DNA from: an uncultured Bacteroidota bacterium
Lineage (GTDB): Bacteria; Bacteroidota; Bacteroidia; UBA4408
Direction of reading: 5' to 3'
DNA: 64,000 nt
Assembly: GCA_903831265.1 (NCBI GenBank)
Contig: CAIKXD010000174.1
Location: forward strand, 44,064 to 108,063
The notes beneath the pieces are model-generated. The model ran no database searches and was not told where the DNA came from. It saw only the letters and a list, made by a program, of their open reading frames with translations. This document shows, in pieces, positions 38,693-47,431 of this stretch. The first letter of the stretch is position 1; each line of letters opens with the position of its first letter. Position numbers and translations under genes: made by a program.

Positions 38693-40252
38693 ATGAAATA
38701 CCTTTCGCACCTACCCATCCTGCTCTTGTTGTGTGTGCTTGCTCTTACAGGCATAAACACCTACAAAACATACGGTACACAATGGGATGAATATTTGCAA
38801 AGAAATATGGGAAGGGTTACCTACAATTATCTTGTTGAAGGAAACGACTCTTTATTAATTTTAAATGGCCGCGATTATGGCATTGTGGTGGAACTTCCTT
38901 TGTATGTACTTGAAAAAAAATTGGCACCTAATCAGCCAGCAGCTTCTACTTTTATTCGGCATTTGGCTTGTTATTTCTTGTTTTGTGTGGGCGTGTTCTT
39001 TTTTTATCTTACCATACTTAAATTAAGGTTCTCTAATTGGTGGGCATTTTTTGGTGCACTCATGTTGGTGCTCAGCCCCCGCATTTATGGGCATGCCTTT
39101 ATCAATTCAAAAGATGTGCCGCTGATGGTGTTTTATATCATAGCTTATTATGCACTTTTGTGTTTTATCGAAAAGCCTGATATTAAAAGAAGCTTTTGTT
39201 TGGCCTTAAGCACTGCTTTGCTCATTGATACCCGAATTACAGGTGTAATTATTGTGCCAATTACCATCCTTTTTTTCTTTCTTTTCGAGTATCAAAAAAG
39301 CAATTTATCTGTTAAAGAATTATTGAATATTTCATTCCTTAAAAAAATGAAATACTACTTTATTTTTAGCGCTTTGTTAGTGTATTTCTTTTGGCCTTAT
39401 TTATGGTTGAATCCAATCAAAAACTTTTTAGTGGCTTTTTTAAATATGAGTCACTATCGTTGGAAAGGCTATAACTTGTTGTTTGGCGATTTTATATTCT
39501 CTTTTGAAACACCTTGGTATTTTTCATTATCATGGATTGCAATCACCACGCCTTTGCTTTATTTATTTTTATATTTTGTTGGAGTTACAGGCATCGTTTA
39601 CCAAATTGTTCGTTTAAAAAAGCAAATATTTAAGCATAAAGAACTACTGGAAAAATTAATGGCATTGAGCCTTTTTATGTTGCCATTATTGGCTATAATT
39701 ATTTTAAAATCGGTATTGTATGATACATGGAGGCATGTGTATTTTGTGTACCCTTTTTTATTAATTGTGGCCTTATATGGTGGCCAATTGGTTTATCAGA
39801 AGCTAAAAACTACCATGGTAAAATGGACTGTGGTAATACTATTTGTGGCATTGTTGATGTTTGAATTGATTAAAATGCAAAACGCATTTCCTCATGAATA
39901 CGTTTATTTTAATGAGTTGGTAAGCGATAAAAATGACAACATTCGATATAATTATGACATGGAGTATTGGGGAGCATCTTTTAGAGCAGGCTTAGAAAAA
40001 ATTTTAGAATCTGATAAAAGAGATACCATAAAAGTTACCGGAAATTGCTATCCAGTTTATAGCAATTATGTATTGCTAAAACACATGGATAAAAACTGTA
40101 GATTGCAATATGTTTTAGAAGAAAAGGATGCCGATTATTATTTAACTAATTATCGCTATAAACCGGGCGATCACGATGGTTTTCTGGACAAAAAAGTTTA
40201 CGATATTCAATATAGAAATTCTGAAATTTTAGGGGTTTATAAGTTAAGGTAA
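38693..40252 (+). CDS. Polytopic membrane protein, putative GT-C fold glycosyltransferase (PMT/ArnT/GT39-83-like).
   Basis: 519 aa. About 11 TM helices in the N-terminal 400 aa. DE motif (TQWDEY) in the first extracytoplasmic loop. Soluble C-terminal domain. Confidence 0.4.
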   Translation: MKYLSHLPILLLLCVLALTGINTYKTYGTQWDEYLQRNMGRVTYNYLVEGNDSLLILNGRDYGIVVELPLYVLEKKLAPNQPAASTFIRHLACYFLFCVGVFFFYLTILKLRFSNWWAFFGALMLVLSPRIYGHAFINSKDVPLMVFYIIAYYALLCFIEKPDIKRSFCLALSTALLIDTRITGVIIVPITILFFFLFEYQKSNLSVKELLNISFLKKMKYYFIFSALLVYFFWPYLWLNPIKNFLVAFLNMSHYRWKGYNLLFGDFIFSFETPWYFSLSWIAITTPLLYLFLYFVGVTGIVYQIVRLKKQIFKHKELLEKLMALSLFMLPLLAIIILKSVLYDTWRHVYFVYPFLLIVALYGGQLVYQKLKTTMVKWTVVILFVALLMFELIKMQNAFPHEYVYFNELVSDKNDNIRYNYDMEYWGASFRAGLEKILESDKRDTIKVTGNCYPVYSNYVLLKHMDKNCRLQYVLEEKDADYYLTNYRYKPGDHDGFLDKKVYDIQYRNSEILGVYKLR

Positions 40253-40279
40253 AATTAGGATTTTAAGGAAGTGTTTAAT

Positions 40280-40419
40280 AAGGAATGATTAGTATGGCAC
40301 GAGTTTGAAAACTCGCGCCAGTATTACACGAGTTTGATGGGCATAAGTAAAATGATTGAAAGGCACGTTTAAAAGGAATGATTAGCATGGCACGAGTTTG
40401 AAAACTCGCGCCAGTATTA
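40280..40419 (+). repeat. Two copies of a 47-bp element (40280..40326 and 40373..40419, 46/47 identical), each containing a 9-bp-stem hairpin TGGCACGAG-tttgaaaa-CTCGCGCCA. A third partial copy of CACGAGTTTG lies at 40327.
   Basis: Seen directly in the 346-bp intergenic region upstream of the pentaheme cytochrome gene. Confidence 0.7.
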
Positions 40420-40598
40420 ATTGCCAAGAATGAAATAATTGATATTCGTGATTTTAAAAATTTGCGTCACCATAAACAGTATTCGTTTTCACTCATCGAT
40501 TACAATCATAATTTCATCAAAATAAACATTCCATTGCCTTTATTTGTTTGTTTTCAAAATTATAAGATATACATTTACACATTATATTTTTATATGGT

Positions 40599-42548
40599 AT
40601 GAAAATTACGCGTTTTTCGGTGATTGTTTTTATTTCTATTACTGTGTTTGTATTGTCAATTTTTGCAGCCAAGCAAAATAAAGCAACTTCCAGATATCAT
40701 AGTAATAAAGAGTTGGCAGCATTTAAAATGCAGGTAGGGCCTATTGGACCAGGGGAGTATTTCTTGCCCTCATCGCGCTGTGCTGGGTGCCATGGCAAAG
40801 ATTCATTAGGGTGGGCCAATGTGACAGAAGATTTGGTGGATGTAAATTTGTACGATCGTTGGTCAGCCTCTATGATGGGAATGTCGGCAAAAGATCCTTT
40901 ATGGAGAGCAAAGGTAAGTCATGAAAAACTTGTAAACCCTGCGCACGGTATGGATTTAGAAGATAAATGTACTAGTTGTCACGCCCCAATGGGTCATTAT
41001 AACGCTCATTATAACGGGGCTTCACATTACCTAATTTCCGATTTTGATAATGATTCATTAGGCATTGATGGCGTTTCTTGCGCTGGTTGCCATACTATTA
41101 GTCCAAATGGCGTTGGCACTACTTTTAGTGGAGAAATACTTTATGATACTACACGACATATTTACGGACCTTTTGTAAATCCTATGATTGGTCCTATGCA
41201 ACTTTACACAGGATACGTACCAATGTTTAGCCAGCACATTTCTGATTCAAAGGTTTGTGCCTCATGCCATACCCTAATTACAAATACAGCAGATTTAAAT
41301 GGAAATGCAACAGGGGGTGAATTTGTAGAGCAAGCCACTTACCACGAGTATAAAAATTCTATCTATAGTCAAAATAATACTACTTGCCAAAATTGCCATA
41401 TGGCTCGAATTAGCGATCCAATTATGATTGCGAATGGGTATTTGTCTTTAACCCCGCGTACACCATTCAATCAACATTCGTTTGCAGGAGCTAATCAGTT
41501 TATGCTTAAGCTAATGAAAGCCAATAAAAACACCTTAGGGATTGATATTCCTGATTTTAAATTTGATACGACCTTGATTGCCACTAATTTGATGCTTAAA
41601 GAAAAATCAGTAAATTTAACTTTGCATTTTGATAGTGTAGCCAATGATAGTGCTTATTTTAGAGTGAAGTTATTGAATAAAGCTGGGCATAAATTCCCTT
41701 CAGGTTACCCATCCAGAAGAGCCATACTCCAGTTTGTTGTTCAAGACAATAACAGTGATACGGTTTTTAAATCAGGTATTTTCCATAGCGATTTTAGTGT
41801 GGCCGGAGAGAATCCAGCCTTTGAACCGCATCACAATGTAATTAATCAAAGTGGCATCTCTCAAATTTATGAAATGGTTATGGGGGATGTAAACTCGCAA
41901 TATACTTCAGTTTTAGAACGTTCAGCCGTTTTGTTAAAAGATAACCGACTAACACCAACAGGTTTTACAACATCACACCCATCTTATGATACTGTAAAGG
42001 TGTCGTTGGATGCTCTGTCGGACCCAGATTTCAATAAAATAGCAGGTGTAGAAGGTTCTGGTTCGGATGAGGTTCATTTTCATGTTCCTATAGCTGGTAT
42101 TACATCTAACATTAACGCAACAGCAAGAATTATTTATCAAACTTTACCACCTAAATTTGTAGCAGAGTTATTTAGCTTTAACAGTGCACCTATCGATACT
42201 TTTAGAAATATGTTTAACGCTGCCGATAAAACACCTGTTATTGCAAATGCCGATAGTTTAATGAACCTACAATTGGTTACTTTTACAGGAAAGCAATTGA
42301 ATAAAAAGGATGATGTAAAAGTTTTCCCATCAATAACAGTAGAAGGTAAAATAAATGTTAATGCCTATGGCAGTATGGAAATTAAACAAATTGATGTTTT
42401 TAATAGCAACGGAAAAACTGTAGTAAGCAAAGGCATAAGCAATGGTTCAAAAACAGAAATTTTAGTATTGCCCGATTCTCCAGGAGTTTACATCATTAGA
42501 ATAAGGTGCAACAAAAACGATGTTTACAGAAAAGTAATTAAACAATAA
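40599..42548 (+). CDS. Secreted pentaheme c-type cytochrome with a C-terminal T9SS (type-A Por) sorting domain.
   Basis: Signal peptide. Five CxxCH motifs (CAGCHG, CTSCHA, CAGCHT, CASCHT, CQNCHM). C-terminal KVFPSITVEG...IDVFNSNGKTV...PGVYIIRI...RKVIKQ. Confidence 0.7.
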   Translation: MKITRFSVIVFISITVFVLSIFAAKQNKATSRYHSNKELAAFKMQVGPIGPGEYFLPSSRCAGCHGKDSLGWANVTEDLVDVNLYDRWSASMMGMSAKDPLWRAKVSHEKLVNPAHGMDLEDKCTSCHAPMGHYNAHYNGASHYLISDFDNDSLGIDGVSCAGCHTISPNGVGTTFSGEILYDTTRHIYGPFVNPMIGPMQLYTGYVPMFSQHISDSKVCASCHTLITNTADLNGNATGGEFVEQATYHEYKNSIYSQNNTTCQNCHMARISDPIMIANGYLSLTPRTPFNQHSFAGANQFMLKLMKANKNTLGIDIPDFKFDTTLIATNLMLKEKSVNLTLHFDSVANDSAYFRVKLLNKAGHKFPSGYPSRRAILQFVVQDNNSDTVFKSGIFHSDFSVAGENPAFEPHHNVINQSGISQIYEMVMGDVNSQYTSVLERSAVLLKDNRLTPTGFTTSHPSYDTVKVSLDALSDPDFNKIAGVEGSGSDEVHFHVPIAGITSNINATARIIYQTLPPKFVAELFSFNSAPIDTFRNMFNAADKTPVIANADSLMNLQLVTFTGKQLNKKDDVKVFPSITVEGKINVNAYGSMEIKQIDVFNSNGKTVVSKGISNGSKTEILVLPDSPGVYIIRIRCNKNDVYRKVIKQ

Positions 42549-42605
42549 TTAAAAAATACAAATATTATTCACCAATCTAAATAAGCTATATAATATATTC
42601 TTTAC

Positions 42606-45600
42606 ATGAAAACAACAATTAATTTTAAGTCTCTTATAGGGACAACCGCTTTGATGATGGGCATGCTCTCTTCACAGGCTCAGGTTTTATCATTTACTAA
42701 CTCTAACAGTCAACTGCCCAACAATGCAGTAAACTACAGAAGTGGCTGTGCAGTTTCTGTGGCCGATGTAAACAACGATGGTTTAGACGACATTATTCGT
42801 TTAGATCAGAGCAATGACATTAACCTTGAAATTCAGAATCTGAATGGAGGTTATACTAATTACTTTTTAGGTTCATTCACAGGCGGCAATGCTTGGGCAA
42901 TGACAGTAGCCGATTTAGATCAAAATGGTATTAAAGATGTTGTGGCAGGTATGGGCTCTACAGGTTCAATAGCATTAATCTCATTTAGCGGAGGTACCTA
43001 TACGGCTAACATAAGTGTGTTGCAAGGAAGTAATTTCTTTTGGCAAAATATTTCTGTAGGTGATTTTAATAATGATGGCTGGCAAGATATTTTTGGTTGC
43101 GATGACGTTAACTGGTCTAAGTTATATATCAATAACGGTAATGGTACATTTAGAAGAATGGCCAATGCGATTCAGAGCCTTACAATAGGTTTAGGCAATA
43201 TTACTTTAACAGTACAAAACAATTTGAGCTTTACACCAGGCCAATCCGTTTATGTTACACACAACAGCGATAACTACATGACAGGGCAAGTAGTATCGTA
43301 TACGGGAAGTACTTTAGTAGTAAATGCTACTGCCCTTGTTGGAGGTGGCACTTACGGTTCTTGGTCTATAGATCAAAATACGGTAATTAACTTTATTACT
43401 CATCCGGGCACATGGGGTACAACCGGAGATCCTAATAACTCAGGTAACTATGGTACTGTTTGGACAGATTTTGACAGCGATGGCGATTTAGATTTTTACA
43501 TTGCTAAATGTCGTCAAAGTAGCTCTGACCCTAACGATTTAAGAAGAATTGATGAGCTTTTTATTAATGACGGTACTTATAAGTTTAAAGAAGCAGCTGC
43601 CGAAAGAGGTGTTGCTAATGGATGGCAAACTTGGACCGCTAGTTTTGGTGATATAGATAATGATGGTGATTTTGATATTGCTGCCATAAACAACGACCAT
43701 ACTTCTCAAATATTTGAAAATGATGGAACAGGACATTATACTGAATTAACCACAGCAAACATTAGCACGAGTGGTATTTATCCATTGGAATCGCAATTTG
43801 AGGATTTTGATAATGATGGTTATATTGACTTATTGGTTACTGGTGATGATGATTATATTTATTACAAAAATAACGGAGACAAAACATTTACAAGAATCAA
43901 TGCGCTTTTTTCAACCAATGGTGTAATGTCTTTTGCCACTGGAGATTTAAACCACGATGGTTTTGTTGATGTTTATGCTAGTTTGGGCGATATTTATAAC
44001 AATCCATCAGGTACATTTGATGATATTATGTATTTAAATAATGGCAATACGGTAAATCATTTTATAACTTTTGATTTGGAAGGTACAGCTTCAAGTAATG
44101 ATGCTATTGGAACCAATGTAGTTATTTATGGCCCTTGGGGAGTTCAAAGACGTGAAGTGCGCTCTGGCGAAAGTTACGGAACATGCAATTCATCTATGTT
44201 GCATTTTGGTTTAGGAATTAATCAAACAGTAGATTCAGCCACTATTATTTGGAATTCTGGTGCGGTACAACATTTATACAATTTAGAAGCAGATCAGTTT
44301 GTTAAGGCAATCGAAGGCGGTTGTTTAATCACAGGCAACACCATTGGTGGTCCACAAGCTATATGCAATGGACAAAGCACAACTTTAACAGCAGCACCTG
44401 GGTTTAGTTCTTATTTATGGAGCAATGGTAGCACAGGTACTTCAATTACTACTTCAGTAGCCGAAAGTTATTCTGTAATTATAACAGATGCTAACGGATG
44501 CAGCAGTATTTCACCAACCATAACTTTGGCAGTAGATCCAATTGAAATCCCAACAATTTTAGCAGTAGGTGAAAGCACTTTCTGCCAAGGAAATTCAATT
44601 TCATTAACTTCTTCTCCGGGCAGCTCATACGCTTGGTCGAATGGTGCTACCACACAATCAGTAAATATAACACAATCGGGAACTTATACTGTTGAAGTAT
44701 TGGGAACATGTCAAACATTTACTTCAGCTGCCATAGAGGTAACTGTTTTTCCAGCTCCAGCGCCATCGGGTACAGGAGGTTCGGTAAATAACTCTGGTTC
44801 GGTAACGCTAACTGCATCTGGCAATAGCTTAACATGGTACGATGACGCTGCTGGCACCAATGCATTGGGTACAGGGCCATTGTTTAACACTCCTATAATA
44901 TCTACAAGCACCACTTATTATGTGCAGGATACTTACACTTATGGTGGAGGACTCGAATACACAGGATCTCATCATCATAGTGGAACATCAATGTACAGTG
45001 GTAATACAACCAATGCCTCTTTGATTTTTGATGCTTATGAAGCGTTTACATTAAAAACAGTAAAGGTGTATACCGATACTCCTGGCGACCGTTTAATTGT
45101 ATTAACAGATGCTACTAATAATGTTATTCAAAGTTTAATGGTGAATATCCCAATAGACTCTTCAATTGTTACTTTGAATTTTGCTGTTCCAGCGGGTACA
45201 GGTTACAAATTAGGCACAGATGCAGCTCAAAATACGATCCTTTGGGGTAATCCTGGTCCACGTTTAAAAAGAATGCAAGGTGCTGCAGTTACTTATCCAT
45301 ATGTGGTAAATAATTTAGTTTCAATTACCAATTCAACTCAAGGTTTAAATGTATATTACTATTTTTTTAATTGGGAAATTGAAAAAACCAGCACGGTGTG
45401 TACAAGTGTTCTAGTGCCTGTTTTGGCTGATGTTGTTACTGGAATAAACAATGCTAACAATCAAGAGAATATTCAATTATTTCCAAACCCGGCAACCGAT
45501 AAAATTACAGTAACTTCAGGTAGCACAATTAATAGTAACGTACTCGTAAATATTGTTGATGTTGCTGGTAGAGTGGCTCAAACCGCAAGCTTCAATAATC

Positions 45601-45713
45601 TTACAGCAAATGGCCAACAAACCATTGATATTAGTAAGTTAGCTAAAGGCGTTTATTTTGTAAAAATAAATTCGGCCAACAGCGAAATGGTAGAGAAATT
45701 GGTGGTGAGATAA
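42606..45713 (+). CDS. FG-GAP repeat / ASPIC-UnbV (CRTAC1-like) beta-propeller protein with SprB-type Ig-like repeats and a C-terminal T9SS sorting domain.
   Basis: Multiple VADVNNDGLDDI / DFDNDGYIDL FG-GAP Ca-binding-like repeats. UnbV_ASPIC-like GTNVVIYGPWGVQRREVRSGESYG...LHFGLG. Two Ig-like repeats (C.GQSTTLTA...YLWSNGSTG..I...ANGCSS). C-terminal LFPNPATDKITV...IVDVAGRV...GVYFVKI...KLVVR. Confidence 0.7.
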   Translation: MKTTINFKSLIGTTALMMGMLSSQAQVLSFTNSNSQLPNNAVNYRSGCAVSVADVNNDGLDDIIRLDQSNDINLEIQNLNGGYTNYFLGSFTGGNAWAMTVADLDQNGIKDVVAGMGSTGSIALISFSGGTYTANISVLQGSNFFWQNISVGDFNNDGWQDIFGCDDVNWSKLYINNGNGTFRRMANAIQSLTIGLGNITLTVQNNLSFTPGQSVYVTHNSDNYMTGQVVSYTGSTLVVNATALVGGGTYGSWSIDQNTVINFITHPGTWGTTGDPNNSGNYGTVWTDFDSDGDLDFYIAKCRQSSSDPNDLRRIDELFINDGTYKFKEAAAERGVANGWQTWTASFGDIDNDGDFDIAAINNDHTSQIFENDGTGHYTELTTANISTSGIYPLESQFEDFDNDGYIDLLVTGDDDYIYYKNNGDKTFTRINALFSTNGVMSFATGDLNHDGFVDVYASLGDIYNNPSGTFDDIMYLNNGNTVNHFITFDLEGTASSNDAIGTNVVIYGPWGVQRREVRSGESYGTCNSSMLHFGLGINQTVDSATIIWNSGAVQHLYNLEADQFVKAIEGGCLITGNTIGGPQAICNGQSTTLTAAPGFSSYLWSNGSTGTSITTSVAESYSVIITDANGCSSISPTITLAVDPIEIPTILAVGESTFCQGNSISLTSSPGSSYAWSNGATTQSVNITQSGTYTVEVLGTCQTFTSAAIEVTVFPAPAPSGTGGSVNNSGSVTLTASGNSLTWYDDAAGTNALGTGPLFNTPIISTSTTYYVQDTYTYGGGLEYTGSHHHSGTSMYSGNTTNASLIFDAYEAFTLKTVKVYTDTPGDRLIVLTDATNNVIQSLMVNIPIDSSIVTLNFAVPAGTGYKLGTDAAQNTILWGNPGPRLKRMQGAAVTYPYVVNNLVSITNSTQGLNVYYYFFNWEIEKTSTVCTSVLVPVLADVVTGINNANNQENIQLFPNPATDKITVTSGSTINSNVLVNIVDVAGRVAQTASFNNLTANGQQTIDISKLAKGVYFVKINSANSEMVEKLVVR

Positions 45714-45736
45714 TCACAGAATATCAAATAAAAATA

Positions 45737-45769
45737 AGCCTCTAAATTAATTTTTAGGGGCTTTTTTTA
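45737..45769 (+). terminator. Rho-independent terminator after the FG-GAP protein gene.
   Basis: AGCCTCTAAA-ttaattt-TTAGGGGCT hairpin followed by TTTTTTTATT. Confidence 0.65.
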
Positions 45770-45859
45770 TTGTCATATCTATAATTTTAATGCTCATACA
45801 TTGGCAGGTGCTTATCAGTCATGCTCAGAATGCGCGCGCCAGAATTGGAAATTGTTATA

Positions 45860-45982
45860 CCAATGTGATTTATAAATTATGCCAATAATTTAAAATCTTA
45901 CATTGGTAAATGCCGATCGGAAATAAGTTTGGGACAAATGCCGTGAAACTAATTTGGACCATTACTTATTTCACATCGGTAT
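45860..45982 (+). repeat. 123-bp direct repeat, copy 1 (about 97% identical to copy 2 at 47208..47330). It is internally dyad-rich (CCAATGT..ACATTGG, palindrome CCGATCGG, GTGAAA..TTTCAC, threefold AATGCC).
   Basis: Direct comparison of the two stretches shows 4 mismatches in 123 nt. Confidence 0.85.
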
Positions 45983-46110
45983 TACATTTTTTGGAATACA
46001 AATTGTCACTAGCGTTTTGATGTTGTAAAATAAAAGTTCTTTCAAGTAGTGTCAATATTGAGTTTTAAAGGTTTTTAGTTTGGAAACGATTTAAACTTCA
46101 AAAAAAAATT

Positions 46111-46755
46111 CTAAAAATTAAACAAATCACACACCTCCATACCATCTTGTAAGTGAAAAGCATGAATTCCCGCTTTTTGTGCACCTTCAATATGTTGTGG
46201 CGAGTCATCAATAAATAAAGTAGTTGATGGATTTAAATTGTTATCAGATAACACCTTCTCAAAAATTTCAAGATCGGGTTTACGCATCTTTATTTCATGA
46301 CTCAAATAAACCTTTTGAAAAATAGACTTGAAATTATTCCAGCCATATTCGCCTTCTATAGCGGCCGAAAATGCTTTTTCGTGAATAATATTGGTGTTGC
46401 TTAATAAATACAAAGGTTTGTGCAGCTGTAACTTTTTTAGCATCTCCACTCTGTTTGAAGGCATTTGCAGCAACATACTGTTCCAACATGCGTCAATAGT
46501 GTTGTCGTTTAAATTAATGCCCGAAAGGGCCCTTAATTCATCTCTAAATTTAGTTTCGCTAATTAAACCCTTCTCTAAATTATCAAACAAATTATTTTGC
46601 TTGGCTTTAGAAAATAATTCATCAAAGTTTTTAATACCTTGTTTTTCAAACGCATCGCGGGTTTTATGGTAGTCAATATCAATAATTACCGCTCCAAAAT
46701 CGAAAATAATAGCATCAAAATGCTTGTTTTTTAGCTCAGAATGAAGAAGTTCCAT
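46111..46755 (-). CDS. HAD-superfamily hydrolase (subfamily IA-like phosphatase).
   Basis: DxD motif IIFDFGAVIIDIDY (motif I). S/T motif II LSNTN. K...DD motif IV (FIDDSPQHIEGA). Confidence 0.75.
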   Translation of the reverse strand: MELLHSELKNKHFDAIIFDFGAVIIDIDYHKTRDAFEKQGIKNFDELFSKAKQNNLFDNLEKGLISETKFRDELRALSGINLNDNTIDACWNSMLLQMPSNRVEMLKKLQLHKPLYLLSNTNIIHEKAFSAAIEGEYGWNNFKSIFQKVYLSHEIKMRKPDLEIFEKVLSDNNLNPSTTLFIDDSPQHIEGAQKAGIHAFHLQDGMEVCDLFNF

Positions 46756-46840
46756 TTTTTTATTTTGTTTTAGCCCGCAAAAGTATAATTTTGCGCCCGC
46801 TTTAAAACTTAAATGCGTTTAAAAGTGATTTAAATTAACA

Positions 46841-46914
46841 GGGCCTATAGCTCATTCGGTTAGAGCAACTGACTCATAATCAGTAGGTGCTTGGTTCGAT
46901 TCCAAGTGGGCCCA
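46841..46914 (+). tRNA. tRNA with CAU anticodon, either elongator tRNA-Met or tRNA-Ile2 (lysidine).
   Basis: Acceptor GGGCCTA/TGGGCCC. D-arm AGCTCATTCGGTTAGAGC. Anticodon stem ACTGA/TCAGT with loop CTCATAA. TPsiC GGTTCGATTCC. No C1-A72 initiator feature. Confidence 0.8.
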
Positions 46915-47207
46915 CAAAAAAAGAGCGGGAATAAATGCGTAAAGCGTTTCTTTCCGCTTTTTATTTTGGCTTTATCCCGCCCAAGTTTTAGTAAAAAAGG
47001 AGGCCTGATGCTTCTTGTTAACTAGCTTTTACCTTTTACTTTCGTTCACAAAAGCAAGCGTTAATTTTATATACTTTTGTTTCCTTTATTTAGGCAATTT
47101 CAATAGCCACTAAAAATTTTATGAAATTGGTGTGGATGCTATTTTTGCACATCAAATTTTTTAAAATAAATTGGTGAGCTTTAAAATAATATCGATTTGA
47201 AATAATA

Positions 47208-47330
47208 CCAATGTGATTTATAAATTATGCCAATAATTTAAAATCTTACATTGGTAAATGCCGATCGGAAAAATGTTTGGGACAAATGCCGTGAAACAAA
47301 TTTGGGCCATTACTTATTTCACATCGGTAT
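47208..47330 (+). repeat. 123-bp direct repeat, copy 2, ending about 100 nt upstream of recQ.
   Basis: See copy 1. The two copies bracket a 1225-bp segment carrying the HAD hydrolase gene and tRNA-Met. Confidence 0.85.
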
Positions 47331-47431
47331 AAGTTTAAAAGCCTTAAAGATTTTCAAGTGAAAAAAACAATATCCATTATTTGTTTAAATAACAATCATT
47401 TGTATTTCAATTTTTTTATATTTGAAAAACT

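Noticed and set aside
40280-40419. Possible CRISPR array, suggested by the hairpin-containing direct repeats.
   Set aside because: There are only two full copies, the intervening 'spacer' contains a partial repeat, the unit is 47 bp, and there are no cas genes or leader. The same reasoning excludes the 49937..50068 tandem array, which has variable units with no spacers.
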